The translations under genes and the position numbers were made by a program. A DNA stretch of 64,000 nt, taken from Hyphomicrobiales bacterium. Its GTDB lineage: Bacteria > Pseudomonadota > Alphaproteobacteria > Rhizobiales > OSC116. This document shows positions 35,131 through 45,557 of the stretch, piece after piece (the stretch's first letter is position 1; each line of letters starts with the position of its first letter). The stretch is taken from NCBI GenBank assembly GCA_013214705.1, contig JABSRZ010000007.1:3951-67950 (forward strand), read 5' to 3'. The notes below the pieces were generated by a model that saw only the letters and a list, made by a program, of their open reading frames with translations, searched no databases and was not told where the DNA came from.

Positions 35131-37380
35131 TTATTGGGTGAATTTATTGTTAGACGGGAAACCACGTGGTGGTGCGCGACCAGTTTGTGCGCGAGCACCC
35201 AACCATTCAGCAAGGTCCGGCTCTGCAACTGTGCGGTTTCGCCCGCCAGTGTCTAGCCAATGCAAACCATCTTCTATGTCAAATGTAATGGCATCCGATA
35301 TACCGCCATCTTTATAACGTTGCAACATCACACCGCGGCCTTTGGCCAATATGTTGACTTCGGCGGTTTTATAGATCAGTAATTTGCGGTTTTGGCCGAT
35401 GGCTGCAATATGGTTGCCAGTTGCCACCGTGCAAATTTTGGCGATCACTGGGGCTTTGACATTCAAAACCTGTTTGCCGCGTTTGGCATTGGATAGCAAA
35501 TCACTTTCATTGACCACAAACCCACGGCCATCTGACGCGACTATAAGCCGTTGCTGATCGGCTTTATAGATGAATATATCAAAAATTTCGACATCTTGAG
35601 CCAGATCTAAAAGTAGCCTAATCGGCTCACCATGCCCTCGCCCACCGGGGAATTTATCTGCACCTACAGTATAAATTCGTCCGTCTGTAGAGCATATTAG
35701 AATTTTATCGGTGGTTTCGGCATGGAAGGCAAACTTATGTTCGTCGCCAGTTTTGTAGGACAATTTAGACATGTCTGGCTGATGGCCTTTTAACGCGCGA
35801 ATCCAACCCATGGCAGAACATATTATGGTTATAGACTCTTTTTCAATAAACGCATCGGCGCTATCTAAATCGACATCTGGGGCTTTGGTAAATATAGTGC
35901 GGCGTTTGCCAAGCGTGGTTTTTTCGCCAAATTGTTTTTTGAGCTGTTTAATGCTATCGGCAATTTGCGCCCATTGCTGCTCTTCGCTCTGTACCAAGCC
36001 TTGTAATTTAGCTTGTTCTAGTAATAATTCGTCATGCTCGCGGCGTAATGCCATTTCTTCTAATTTGCGCAAAGAGCGCAAACGCATGTTTAAAATGGCC
36101 TCGGCCTGAATGTCGGTTAGCGTAAAGGTGGAAATTAAAGTAGGTTTCACTTCATCTTCATAGCGGATGATGCGGATGACCTCGTCGAGGTTTAAAAAGG
36201 CGACAATAAGCCCAGATAATATCTCTAACCGTCTGGCAATGTTAGTTAATCTGTATTTGCTTTTGCGTATTAAAACCACTTGTCTATGGTCTAACCAGCC
36301 TAAAATAATGTCATTTAACGGCAAAACTTTGGGCACTAAGCCATTGGTCAAAACATTCATATTTAGCGATAGGCGGGTTTCTAAATCGCTCACTCTAAAC
36401 AGAGACTCCATCAATAAAACCGGGTCTATTGTGCGGTTTTTTGGTTCAATAATAAGCCGAATGTCTTCGGCCGATTCGTCAAATATATCGCCAACGAGTG
36501 GTATTTTACGCTCAAACAATTGGTCGGCAATGCGCTCGATGAGTTTCGATTTTTGAACTTGATAAGGTATTTCGGTTATGACAATGCGGTAGCCACCACG
36601 GCCCAATTCTTCTTTGTGCCATTTCGCCCTCACCCGGATGCTGCCGCGCCCGGTGGTGTAGGCTTTTAAGATGTTGGCATGAGGTTCGATGATAACGCCG
36701 CCGGTGGGCAAATCTGGCCCGGGCATGAATTTTAACAAGGTTTCGACTGATGCGCTGCGAAATTTAATTAAATGCAATGCGGCGCTGCAAATTTCGGCCA
36801 CATTATGCGGTGGTATATTGGTGGCCATACCCACTGCAATGCCCGATGAACCGTTGGCCAATAAGTTAGGGAAGTTAGCTGGCAACACAACTGGTTCGTC
36901 TTCTTCGCCATCATATGTGGCTCTAAAGTCGACTGTATCTTGTTCTAAATCTTCCAACAAACGGCTGGCGACTTCGGTCATGCGCGATTCTGTGTAACGC
37001 ATCGCCGCGGCATTATCGCCATCTACTGAACCAAAATTGCCCTGCCCTTCGACCAGCGGGTAACGCACCGCGAAATCTTGTGCCAAACGCACCAAAGCAT
37101 CATAAACTGATTGGTCACCATGTGGGTGATATTTGCCGATCACATCGCCAACCACCCGGGCGCATTTTTTAAAGCCCGATTTAGGGTCGAGTTTTAATTT
37201 GTGCATGGCAAAAAGCAGCCGTCTATGCACCGGCTTAAGGCCATCCCTTACGTCCGGCAAGGCACGATGCATAATTGTCGATAACGCATAGGCGAGATAG
37301 CGTTCTTCCAACGCTTCGCGCAAATTGACACGTGAGGCCAATGATGTGCCTGATTCGTTTGTATTGTCGCTGTCACTCAT
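35131..37380 (-). CDS. parC: DNA topoisomerase IV subunit A
   Basis: 749 aa. It has the GyrA/ParC N-terminal domain ([16 protein letters not shown]...[22 protein letters not shown]...AAMRYTESRM). It is shorter than the true GyrA in this window and lacks a GyrA-box/acidic tail. Confidence 0.9.
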   Translation of the reverse strand: MSDSDNTNESGTSLASRVNLREALEERYLAYALSTIMHRALPDVRDGLKPVHRRLLFAMHKLKLDPKSGFKKCARVVGDVIGKYHPHGDQSVYDALVRLAQDFAVRYPLVEGQGNFGSVDGDNAAAMRYTESRMTEVASRLLEDLEQDTVDFRATYDGEEDEPVVLPANFPNLLANGSSGIAVGMATNIPPHNVAEICSAALHLIKFRSASVETLLKFMPGPDLPTGGVIIEPHANILKAYTTGRGSIRVRAKWHKEELGRGGYRIVITEIPYQVQKSKLIERIADQLFERKIPLVGDIFDESAEDIRLIIEPKNRTIDPVLLMESLFRVSDLETRLSLNMNVLTNGLVPKVLPLNDIILGWLDHRQVVLIRKSKYRLTNIARRLEILSGLIVAFLNLDEVIRIIRYEDEVKPTLISTFTLTDIQAEAILNMRLRSLRKLEEMALRREHDELLLEQAKLQGLVQSEEQQWAQIADSIKQLKKQFGEKTTLGKRRTIFTKAPDVDLDSADAFIEKESITIICSAMGWIRALKGHQPDMSKLSYKTGDEHKFAFHAETTDKILICSTDGRIYTVGADKFPGGRGHGEPIRLLLDLAQDVEIFDIFIYKADQQRLIVASDGRGFVVNESDLLSNAKRGKQVLNVKAPVIAKICTVATGNHIAAIGQNRKLLIYKTAEVNILAKGRGVMLQRYKDGGISDAITFDIEDGLHWLDTGGRNRTVAEPDLAEWLGARAQTGRAPPRGFPSNNKFTQ

Positions 37381-37488
37381 GGCAAGAATTAAACATTTTT
37401 TGGCTTTGTTTTATAGGGGCAAATTAAAAAATGAACAGAATTCTAGCTAAATCGGCTTAAAACGCTGTTGATTGAACAAATATGGGGA

Positions 37489-38226
37489 TTAATCGTTGGT
37501 TTTTGTGAGCTGAAATACCCGGTCTGTCAGTAATTTCTGCGCTTCTGGGAACGGAAAATTTTGCACATCATATATATGCTTTTTTAAAAAATATTCGGTG
37601 ATTTTAAAGCCTTCAAACAAATCAGTGGCCGATATTTGTTCGTCAAAATCGCCGATGATAAACGGCGGAATGTTAAATAATTTGCCTTTATAAGGCAGGC
37701 CGACGTCTTCGCATACAGCCCGGCCGGTTTTGGGTGAAATATATTTTAAATTTGTGGTGACACCAGTAACCGCGCATTGGCTCAAATCCAACCCATATCC
37801 CATTTGTTGTAAAAAACCGACTTGCCACTTTATCAGCAATGGCAGCCAATTTTCATCTGCAACCAAATGGTTAAGCACAATTTCAAAACCATCGTATAAT
37901 TGGGGGTAGGCTTGCCTATCGGGTAATCTTTTAAGCAATTCGCATAGGGTCGACAGGCCAAGTGGCGCAAGTTTAGATGATATAATATAGCCGGTATTGA
38001 GTTTGATAGGCTCGAGTTGATACTGGCCCAATTGCTCTTCTAGCCGTGCGCGCCAACTCAGTTTTAGATAATTGCCAGGTTGCAAAAGGCTGCGTTTTTT
38101 GCGGCCAGTGCCACCGCGCACTAGGCCCTGAAAACGCCCTCTATCGCGGGTGAAAGCGTCTAAAACAACCGAACTTTCACCAAATTTTTTGGTCGAAATT
38201 ACATAACCATTGTCATGCCACTCCAT
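37489..38226 (-). CDS. recO: DNA repair protein RecO
   Basis: 245 aa. N-terminal OB-fold pattern (GYVISTKKFGESSVVLDAFTRDRGRFQGLVRGG) with a RecO-like C-terminus. Confidence 0.85.
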   Translation of the reverse strand: MEWHDNGYVISTKKFGESSVVLDAFTRDRGRFQGLVRGGTGRKKRSLLQPGNYLKLSWRARLEEQLGQYQLEPIKLNTGYIISSKLAPLGLSTLCELLKRLPDRQAYPQLYDGFEIVLNHLVADENWLPLLIKWQVGFLQQMGYGLDLSQCAVTGVTTNLKYISPKTGRAVCEDVGLPYKGKLFNIPPFIIGDFDEQISATDLFEGFKITEYFLKKHIYDVQNFPFPEAQKLLTDRVFQLTKTND

Positions 38227-38243
38227 TATTTACCTCAAACCGG

Positions 38244-39137
38244 CTATTGGTCAAATTTTTGCAATCTTTTTAACAGGCTAGATGTATCCCACCTATTGCC
38301 GCCCATATTTTGCACATCTCTATAATATTCGGTAATGGTGGCGCTCATCGGCATCGCAATGTTAAAACTTTTGGCGGTATTTAACACAATGTCCATGTCT
38401 TTGACCATCCAATCGACAGCAAAGCCTAGGTCATAATCGTCTTTATTCATGGTTTTATATCGGTTTTCCATCTGCCAACTTTGAGCGGCGCCTTTGGATA
38501 TGGTCTCGATAACATCTTCCACATCGAGGCCTACTTTCTGAGCAAAATTTATGCCTTCGGACAAGCCCTGCAATATGCCGGCAATGCAAATTTGGTTGAC
38601 CATTTTGGTAAGCTGCCCTGCCCCTGATGCACCAAGATATTTAACTTTTTGGGCAAAATTTGCGATGATGGGTTCGGCTTTGGCGAAAGCGTCTTTATTG
38701 CCGCCGCACATGACGGTTAGTTTACCATTAATGGCTCCGGCCTCGCCGCCGGACACCGGCGCATCGATAAAGGCTGCGCCTTTAGCCCGCGCAATTACAA
38801 ATAATTCGCGGGTCACTGCGGCGCTGACTGTGGTATTATCGACAAATATGGCAGCTTCTTTTATGGTTTCAAATGCACCGTTTTCGCCAATGGTTATACT
38901 CCGCAAATCATCATCATTGCCCACACAAGCAAATATAAAATCGGCATTTTTCGCTGCCAATGCAGGGGTTTTAACCGCCTTGCCGCCAAATTCTTTTACC
39001 CATTTTTCGGCTTTGTCAAAACTGCGATTATATACGGTTACATTGTGTCCAGCTTTGGCCAAATAACCCGCCATATGATAGCCCATTACACCGAGGCCAA
39101 GAAAGCTCACATTTATTTCACTCATAATATCATCCAT
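38244..39137 (-). CDS. NAD(P)-dependent oxidoreductase, 3-hydroxyisobutyrate dehydrogenase family
   Basis: FLGLGVMGYHMAGYLAKAGHNVTVYNRS Rossmann motif and the conserved GAGQLTKMVNQ segment. ATG at 39125 is an alternative start. Confidence 0.8.
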   Translation of the reverse strand: MDDIMSEINVSFLGLGVMGYHMAGYLAKAGHNVTVYNRSFDKAEKWVKEFGGKAVKTPALAAKNADFIFACVGNDDDLRSITIGENGAFETIKEAAIFVDNTTVSAAVTRELFVIARAKGAAFIDAPVSGGEAGAINGKLTVMCGGNKDAFAKAEPIIANFAQKVKYLGASGAGQLTKMVNQICIAGILQGLSEGINFAQKVGLDVEDVIETISKGAAQSWQMENRYKTMNKDDYDLGFAVDWMVKDMDIVLNTAKSFNIAMPMSATITEYYRDVQNMGGNRWDTSSLLKRLQKFDQ

Positions 39138-39286
39138 TATTTTAATGTTTAAATAATGGATGATTCATAGCGTTGAGTCGAATGAATAATGTGGCTAAAT
39201 GAGTGAATAAAATTAACAAGCGCGAAAACATCTTGCTTTTGAACGAAAGATAATTGCACTATATTTAAATTTAAAGGGGTTTATTT

Positions 39287-40504
39287 GTGACAGTGACATT
39301 TGAGGACATCAAACAAGCCAATGAGTTGGTGAAAAATTCTACAATTGTAAAAACACCATTTTTGCATTCGCGGCGTTTATCCAACCAAACTAAAGCCAAA
39401 ATTCATATAAAATATGAAAATTTGCAGCGGACAAATAGTTTTAAGGCTCGCGGTGCTTTGGTGAAAATTGAAAGCCTAACCGAAGAAGAAAGAAAAAGCG
39501 GAATTGTGGCCTTAAGCGCTGGCAACCATGCGCAAGCTGTGGCTTACCATGCAGAACGGCTCGGCATTGCCGCCACAATCGTGATGCCTGCCACCACGCC
39601 ATTTGTGAAAATTGAACAAACCGAGGCCTATGGCGCACGCGTGGTGTTGGATGGCGAAACATTGGCCGATTGCCAAAAAGTAACCAATGAATTAATCGCT
39701 AGCGAAGGCTTAGTATTGGTGCACCCGTTTGATGATGATTTGGTGATTGCCGGCCAAGGCACAATTGGTATAGAAATGCTAGAAGAAGTGCCCGATTTAG
39801 ACGTATTGGTGGTGCCAATTGGTGGTGGTGGGTTAATCTCAGGCATTGCCATCGCTGCTAAGGCCATCAAACCAGACATAGAAATTATCGGCGTGGAAGC
39901 TGGCCTTTACCCGACTATGCGCAATGCCTTAAACGGCATAAAAGTAGATTGCCATGGCCACACTTTGGCCGAAGGCATTGCCGTAAAAAATGTGGTGTCG
40001 CGCACCGTGGACATAGTCCGTGAACATGTATCGAGCATTATTGTGGTGGAAGAAGAAGAGATTGAACAGGCGGTAAATCAATTGCTGATAAACTTGAAAA
40101 ATGTTGCCGAAGGCGCGGGCGCGGTTGGTTTGGCGGCCATCATGCAACAAAAAGAAAGATTTTTCGGCAAAAATGTCGGTCTGGTGATCACGGGCGGCAA
40201 TATTGACAGCCGTATGTTGGCGTCTATCTTGTTTCGAGAATTAGAGCGTTCGAGCCGGATTATTAACCTACGGATTAAAATAGCTGACCGCCCGGGAGTG
40301 CTGGCGGAAATATCTGCCTTAACTGGCGAATTAGGCGCTAATATTTTGGAAGTTATCCATCGTCGTACATTTTTGGATGTGCCAGCCAAAGGCGCGTCAT
40401 TAGATTTAATGCTCGAAACACGCGATAGAAAGCATGCCAATAGAATCATTTCTGCCATAAGATCGGTCGGGTATGAAGTGGTTCAATTGGAATCGAAAGC
40501 CTAA
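39287..40504 (+). CDS. ilvA: Threonine ammonia-lyase (threonine dehydratase), short form with one ACT-like domain
   Basis: PLP lysine motif SFKARGA, glycine loop PIGGGGLISG, and a C-terminal ACT-like domain. GTG start. Confidence 0.85.
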   Translation: MTVTFEDIKQANELVKNSTIVKTPFLHSRRLSNQTKAKIHIKYENLQRTNSFKARGALVKIESLTEEERKSGIVALSAGNHAQAVAYHAERLGIAATIVMPATTPFVKIEQTEAYGARVVLDGETLADCQKVTNELIASEGLVLVHPFDDDLVIAGQGTIGIEMLEEVPDLDVLVVPIGGGGLISGIAIAAKAIKPDIEIIGVEAGLYPTMRNALNGIKVDCHGHTLAEGIAVKNVVSRTVDIVREHVSSIIVVEEEEIEQAVNQLLINLKNVAEGAGAVGLAAIMQQKERFFGKNVGLVITGGNIDSRMLASILFRELERSSRIINLRIKIADRPGVLAEISALTGELGANILEVIHRRTFLDVPAKGASLDLMLETRDRKHANRIISAIRSVGYEVVQLESKA

Positions 40505-40505
40505 A

Positions 40506-41327
40506 ATGGATAAAAAACACCCGAAGCCACCCAAAAATTATGATATGGGCGGGTTGCGCTATATAATGCGTGCGTTACGAGACCCAATAACTGGATGCGA
40601 ATGGGATTTACAACAAGATTTTAACAGCATTGGTAGTTATACGATTGAAGAAGCCTATGAAGTCATGGATGCCATCCATAAACGAGATTATAATGAATTG
40701 GCCGAAGAATTAGGCGATTTATTATTGCAACCGATATTTCATGCGCAGATTGCCGAAGAATTAGGCCTATTTGATTTTGAAAAAGTGGTCTGGAACATCT
40801 GTGATAAAATGATACGCCGACACCCGCACGTATTTACCGACAAAGATGGCAGAGTGACTGTCTTGACGAAAGGCGATTGGCAACGAATCAAGGCAGCAGA
40901 AAAAGTCAATAAAGTTAAAGACTCTGAAAAACATACGCATTTGTTAGACGATGTACCGCATTTTCCGGCATTAAAACATGCGCAAAAGCTACAAGAAAAA
41001 GCCGCAAAAGTTGGTTTTGATTGGCCACATATTGCCCCGGTGAAAGCCAAAATATTTGAAGAGTTAAATGAATTTTTTACAAAGGTTGAAAACGGAAATT
41101 CCGCAAACCAACAGGCAGAGTTTGGCGATTTGCTATTTAGTTTGGTAAATTATGGCCGCCATTTGGGCATTGATAGCGAACAATCTTTGCAGACGACTAA
41201 TGGTAAATTTATCAATAGATTTAATTATATAGAAGATAAACTTGAATTGGAAAATAAGAGTTTTGAAGATGCTGACCTAGATGGTTTAGAGATATTATGG
41301 CAACAAGCAAAAGGCGAGAATTTATGA
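40506..41327 (+). CDS. mazG: Nucleoside triphosphate pyrophosphohydrolase MazG
   Basis: Tandem MazG domains (EEAYEVMDAI...ELGDLLLQ...RRHPHVF; second EELNEF...EFGDLLFSLVN). I chose ATG at 40506. Confidence 0.85.
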   Translation: MDKKHPKPPKNYDMGGLRYIMRALRDPITGCEWDLQQDFNSIGSYTIEEAYEVMDAIHKRDYNELAEELGDLLLQPIFHAQIAEELGLFDFEKVVWNICDKMIRRHPHVFTDKDGRVTVLTKGDWQRIKAAEKVNKVKDSEKHTHLLDDVPHFPALKHAQKLQEKAAKVGFDWPHIAPVKAKIFEELNEFFTKVENGNSANQQAEFGDLLFSLVNYGRHLGIDSEQSLQTTNGKFINRFNYIEDKLELENKSFEDADLDGLEILWQQAKGENL

Positions 41328-41911
41328 ATTTAATTTTTGATTTGGGCAGCGTATTGGTCGAGTGGAATCCTAAAAAAATGATTGCCGAGTTTGATATATC
41401 GGCCGAACAAAAAATATTGATAACCAAGGAATTGTTTGACCATGCCGATTGGCTGGCCCTAGACAAAGGCACCAAAACTGAAAAAGCTGTCATAACGGCG
41501 GTGGCAAACCGCACAGGCATGAGCGTGCAACTTATTGGCAAGTTGTTGATCGACACCCGCGAGACCCATACAGAAATTAAACCCACCTCTGCCCTATTGC
41601 CAAAATTAAAAGCCAATGGCCATAACTTATATTGTCTGTCTAACATGTCACACGAGACATTTGATTATCTGAAAAGTTTTGAGTTTTTCAAATATTTTGA
41701 TGACATTATAATTTCAGCACACATTCAGATGATAAAACCAGATGTTGAAATATTCAATTATATGCTAAAAAAATTCGATATATCTGCGCAAGATTCGATT
41801 TTTATTGATGATAAGTTGGAAAATATCCAAGCGGCACAGAGTGTTGGCATTAAAGGCATATTGTTTGATCAATCGGATGTTGCCTATAGCCGGGTTGCTG
41901 CTTTCACCTGA
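41324..41911 (+). CDS. HAD family hydrolase (subfamily IA-like)
   Basis: Motif I FDLGSVL, motif II CLSN, motif IV FIDDKLENI. ATGA overlap with the mazG stop. Confidence 0.75.
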   Translation: MNLIFDLGSVLVEWNPKKMIAEFDISAEQKILITKELFDHADWLALDKGTKTEKAVITAVANRTGMSVQLIGKLLIDTRETHTEIKPTSALLPKLKANGHNLYCLSNMSHETFDYLKSFEFFKYFDDIIISAHIQMIKPDVEIFNYMLKKFDISAQDSIFIDDKLENIQAAQSVGIKGILFDQSDVAYSRVAAFT

Positions 41912-41975
41912 ATATAGCTTGACATTGAGATTTAATTTGGTTATTCGTAAATTAACGAAATAACAAATTGAACTT

Positions 41976-42248
41976 ATGGCCGATACCTTTATGGCGCTTT
42001 CGAGCGCAACCCGACGCAGCATACTTGGCATGCTAAAAAAACAAGATATGACCGCAGGTGAAATTGCTGACATTTTGCAAATTAGCAAATCGACATTGTC
42101 GGGGCATTTTAACGTGCTTAAAAATGCAAATCTGGTGGAAACCGAACGCAGTGGCACAACCATAACCTATAGTTTAAAAACCAGCGTTGTTGAAGACATG
42201 ATGAGCGAACTTATGAGCCTGTTTGCGGTCGATAAAAATGGAGATTAA
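41976..42248 (+). CDS. ArsR/SmtB-family autorepressor, SdpR-like
   Basis: 90 aa. Winged HTH (SATRRSILGMLKKQDMTAGEIADILQISKSTLSGHFNVLKNANLV) with no metal-binding Cys motif. It is paired with an SdpI-like gene. Confidence 0.7.
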   Translation: MADTFMALSSATRRSILGMLKKQDMTAGEIADILQISKSTLSGHFNVLKNANLVETERSGTTITYSLKTSVVEDMMSELMSLFAVDKNGD

Positions 42249-42249
42249 G

Positions 42250-42897
42250 ATGAGTTTTTCTAAAATATCTTGGGCAATATTAGCTGTGGTTTCGGTGGCG
42301 AGCCTGTATGCATATACTGTGGCTCCTGCCGATATGCTATTGCCGATGCATTGGGATGTATATGGCGAAGCCGACGGCGAGATGAATGCCAAAATGGTGC
42401 TTTTATTATTTCCCGCAGTTATGGGGGGTATTTTATTGCTATTGGGCTTGCTAAAATATATCGATCCACGGCAGGAAAATCTAAAAAAGTCAGACGCGGC
42501 TAGACAATGGACAATCCTCGCCTTGACTCTGTTTCTAAGCAGTTTGGCCTTAAACAATGTCGCCATGGTCTTGGGCTATGAATTTTTATCTTATAGAGGC
42601 ATATTATTTGCTAGCATGTTGATGGTGGTGGTGATTGGTAATTATTTACCAAAAACTCGGTCTAACTTTTTTATCGGCATTAAAACACCTTGGACATTGT
42701 CATCCGAAGACAATTGGAAAAAAACTCACCGACTAGGCGGACAAATGTTTATGATATTTGGTTCTCTGGGTATAGTGGCGACTATATTATTGCCAGATCA
42801 GATTTTGCTGGGCGCGCTGTTGGGCCTAGTAATCGCCCCCATAATTATAGTGCCGGTTGCCTATAGCTGGTATTTGTGGCGGTCTGAAATAAACTAA
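42250..42897 (+). CDS. SdpI/YhfL-family membrane protein (DUF1648 + SdpI domain)
   Basis: N-terminal MHWDVYGEADGEMN (DUF1648-like). NYLPKTRSNFFIGIKTPWTLSSEDNWKKTHR matches the SdpI signature loop. I chose ATG at 42250 with a GGAG Shine-Dalgarno sequence. Confidence 0.7.
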   Translation: MSFSKISWAILAVVSVASLYAYTVAPADMLLPMHWDVYGEADGEMNAKMVLLLFPAVMGGILLLLGLLKYIDPRQENLKKSDAARQWTILALTLFLSSLALNNVAMVLGYEFLSYRGILFASMLMVVVIGNYLPKTRSNFFIGIKTPWTLSSEDNWKKTHRLGGQMFMIFGSLGIVATILLPDQILLGALLGLVIAPIIIVPVAYSWYLWRSEIN

Positions 42898-43739
42898 ATA
42901 CGCATTATAACCAATCCGGCCAAAACAGTTATGGCGGCAAGTATTTTCCAAATACCTAATTTTTCTTTCAAGAATATTATGCCAATTAAAACCGCGAAAA
43001 TGACACTGGTCTCACGCACAGATGCGATAAGCGCAATAGGCGCATGAGTGGTGGCCCACAAAAACAAAAAGTAAGATAAAAATGACAATCCCGCGGTTAT
43101 CAGGCCATTTTTATAATTCAGTTTAATGGCCGGTATCACGCTGCCTTTGCGTTTAATGAGCATGTACATAAAGATGGGCACACCATCGGCAAAGGTAAAA
43201 TAAGCCATATATTGCAAAGCATTACCGCTAATGCGAGTGCCAATGGAATCGACATAGGTATAGCTTGCTATCGCCATGGCGGTGATGATGGCAAATAATA
43301 TGCCCTTGCCGTTTGCTAGCAAGCTTTTGAAACCTCGGTTAAAAATCAACAGCAATAAGCCCGAGGTAAGGGTGACAGAGCCAATAATTTCCCAATTGGT
43401 GAATTTTACGTCTGCCAAAAATAATAGGCTGGCTAGCAAGAGTAGCAACGGTGCGCCGCCCCGCGCAATGGGGTAAACTTGGCCAAAATCACCATGTTGA
43501 TAGGCATTGATAAGCATTAATTTATAGATAAAATGAATGACACCTGACGCGATGACGTAAGGCCAAAGTTGCGGTGTGGGCAGGCCAAAATAAAATATGA
43601 ATGGCAGGCCGATCATGGACATGAAAAACGCCATAAGGGTGATGACCATGAAACGGTCACCCTGCACTTTCATCATGGCGTTCCAACTGGCGTGTAATAT
43701 AGCCGCGAAAAGAACGACAAGTACGATATCTGTTTGCAT
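42894..43739 (-). CDS. DMT superfamily (EamA-like) transporter
   Basis: 281 aa, 10 TM. Confidence 0.75.
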   Translation of the reverse strand: MQTDIVLVVLFAAILHASWNAMMKVQGDRFMVITLMAFFMSMIGLPFIFYFGLPTPQLWPYVIASGVIHFIYKLMLINAYQHGDFGQVYPIARGGAPLLLLLASLLFLADVKFTNWEIIGSVTLTSGLLLLIFNRGFKSLLANGKGILFAIITAMAIASYTYVDSIGTRISGNALQYMAYFTFADGVPIFMYMLIKRKGSVIPAIKLNYKNGLITAGLSFLSYFLFLWATTHAPIALIASVRETSVIFAVLIGIIFLKEKLGIWKILAAITVLAGLVIMRI

Positions 43740-43778
43740 TTTTAGCCTATTGAAAAAACCTGTTAAGGGAACGACCTC

Positions 43779-44825
43779 TTAAGGGAACATTGGCTGTTGG
43801 GTTAAGCCTAATGTCTCTTCAAACCCAAACATAATGTTCATATTTTGAATGGCTTGGCCGCTAGAACCTTTAACCAAATTATCGAGGGTCGAAAATAAGA
43901 TAACCCGGCCATCAATTCTGTCTTGATGGGCGCTCAATAAACAGTGGTTTGAACCACGCACATATTGGGTGCCAATGCCCGCGCCATCGGTTTGCAACCG
44001 CACAAATGGTTCATCTAGATAGGCTTGCCTCAAGCAGTTTTTAATGTCGTTAATGTCAACGCCTGCGGCCACATTGGCATAGGTAGAGATGAATTCACCA
44101 CGGCTCATGGGTATGAGGTGCGGGGTAAAGCTAACCTGCACATCGCTGCCCAACGCTACAGATAATTCTTGCTCGATTTCCGGTGCGTGCCGGTGGCCAG
44201 CTACACCATAAACGCTCATGCTCTCTCCGGCTTCGGCAAATAAAGTGTTAAGTTTCAAACCCCTACCCGCGCCGGTTAGGCCAGATTTAGCATCGATGAT
44301 AAGTGATTTTTCATCTAACAATTTGGCCTTAAGTAGCGGGATTAACAACAATAAAACCGCGGTTGGGTAACAGCCGGGGCAAGCCACTAAGTTAGCGTTT
44401 TTTATGTCATCTCTATAATGTTCAGAAAGGCCGTATACAGCGCCTTTTTGCAATTCTGGTGCAAAATGTTGATGGCCATACCATTCATTATAGGTTTCGG
44501 TATTGCGCAATCTAAAATCGGCACTTAAATCGATAACTTTTACATGTTTGGGCAATGAGGCCACAATTTTTTGGGTGGTGCCATGCGGCAGGCCACAAAA
44601 AATTACATCTAAATCAGCCCAGTTTGCATCTTCGATTTTAATCAAATCGGGTAAATTCATATTGGCCAAATGCGGGTATACATCGGCATATTTTTTGCCA
44701 GCGTGGGAGTTCGCGGTGAGCACCGATAGTTGCATATTTGGGTGTGATGCTGCAAGCCGCACAAGGTCGGCGCCAGTGTAACCAGATGCACCTAATATGC
44801 CGACTTTTAATTTATTATCCGTCAT
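43779..44825 (-). CDS. argC: N-acetyl-gamma-glutamyl-phosphate reductase
   Basis: GASGYTGADLVRL NAD motif and the active-site CPGCYPTA. Confidence 0.9.
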   Translation of the reverse strand: MTDNKLKVGILGASGYTGADLVRLAASHPNMQLSVLTANSHAGKKYADVYPHLANMNLPDLIKIEDANWADLDVIFCGLPHGTTQKIVASLPKHVKVIDLSADFRLRNTETYNEWYGHQHFAPELQKGAVYGLSEHYRDDIKNANLVACPGCYPTAVLLLLIPLLKAKLLDEKSLIIDAKSGLTGAGRGLKLNTLFAEAGESMSVYGVAGHRHAPEIEQELSVALGSDVQVSFTPHLIPMSRGEFISTYANVAAGVDINDIKNCLRQAYLDEPFVRLQTDGAGIGTQYVRGSNHCLLSAHQDRIDGRVILFSTLDNLVKGSSGQAIQNMNIMFGFEETLGLTQQPMFP

Positions 44826-44828
44826 AAC

Positions 44829-45467
44829 TCACTCTTCAATGGCTAAATGTGTGGCCAATAAAATTAATAATGAACCACCAATCCAATTTAGAAAACGCCC
44901 GCTTTCGGCATTCTTTTTAAATTTATTGATGATAAACCCGGCCATGAAAATATAAACCATATCTGCGGTCGAAAATAAAAGGTTGATGATTTGTCCCAAC
45001 ACCAAAAATTGCAACCATACCGGCCACGCTGCTGTGCCATCGACAAATTGTGGCAAAAAGGCGATGTAAAAAATGGCAGTTTTTGGGTTTAAAATCTCGA
45101 CCATAGCACTGCTTAATAACGTAGACTCTCGGCTTTTAGTAATTTTGTCGATATTAATTTCGCCATCTGGTTTTGCCATTATCATTTTGACGCCCAGATA
45201 TAGCAAATAACCAACACCGGCGAATTTTATAAGAAAATACATTTCTGGCACTAAAGTGAAAACAGCGCTAAGGCCAAAAGCTGCGCCAATGATGTGGGCG
45301 AAACAACCCAAATGGATGCCCAAAGCAGCGTTTAAACCACCTCTACGGCCACGTACAGCCGTTTGTGCCAATGTGTACATAATGGATGGGCCAGGTACAA
45401 AACCAAAAATAAAAGTAGCAATAAAAAATGGAATTAAATAACTAAACTCAGAATTAAATTCGAACAA
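44829..45467 (-). CDS. LysE/RhtB family amino-acid exporter
   Basis: 212 aa, 6 TM. N-terminal FVPGPSIMYTLAQTAVRGRRGG is typical of the LysE family. TTG start with an AAGGAG Shine-Dalgarno sequence 6 nt upstream. Confidence 0.8.
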   Translation of the reverse strand: MFEFNSEFSYLIPFFIATFIFGFVPGPSIMYTLAQTAVRGRRGGLNAALGIHLGCFAHIIGAAFGLSAVFTLVPEMYFLIKFAGVGYLLYLGVKMIMAKPDGEINIDKITKSRESTLLSSAMVEILNPKTAIFYIAFLPQFVDGTAAWPVWLQFLVLGQIINLLFSTADMVYIFMAGFIINKFKKNAESGRFLNWIGGSLLILLATHLAIEE

Positions 45468-45503
45468 ATTGATTCTCCTTTATAACCAGTTTCAATTTAG
45501 CAC

Positions 45504-45533
45504 AAAAAAAGAGCCTGCAAAACTGCAAGCTCT
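45504..45533 (-). terminator. Rho-independent terminator after rpsI
   Basis: 10-bp stem (one mismatch) AGAGCTTGCA/TGCAGGCTCT on the minus strand, followed by UUUUUUU. Confidence 0.75.
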
Positions 45534-45557
45534 TTCGAAAATGTATAACAGTTTTGT

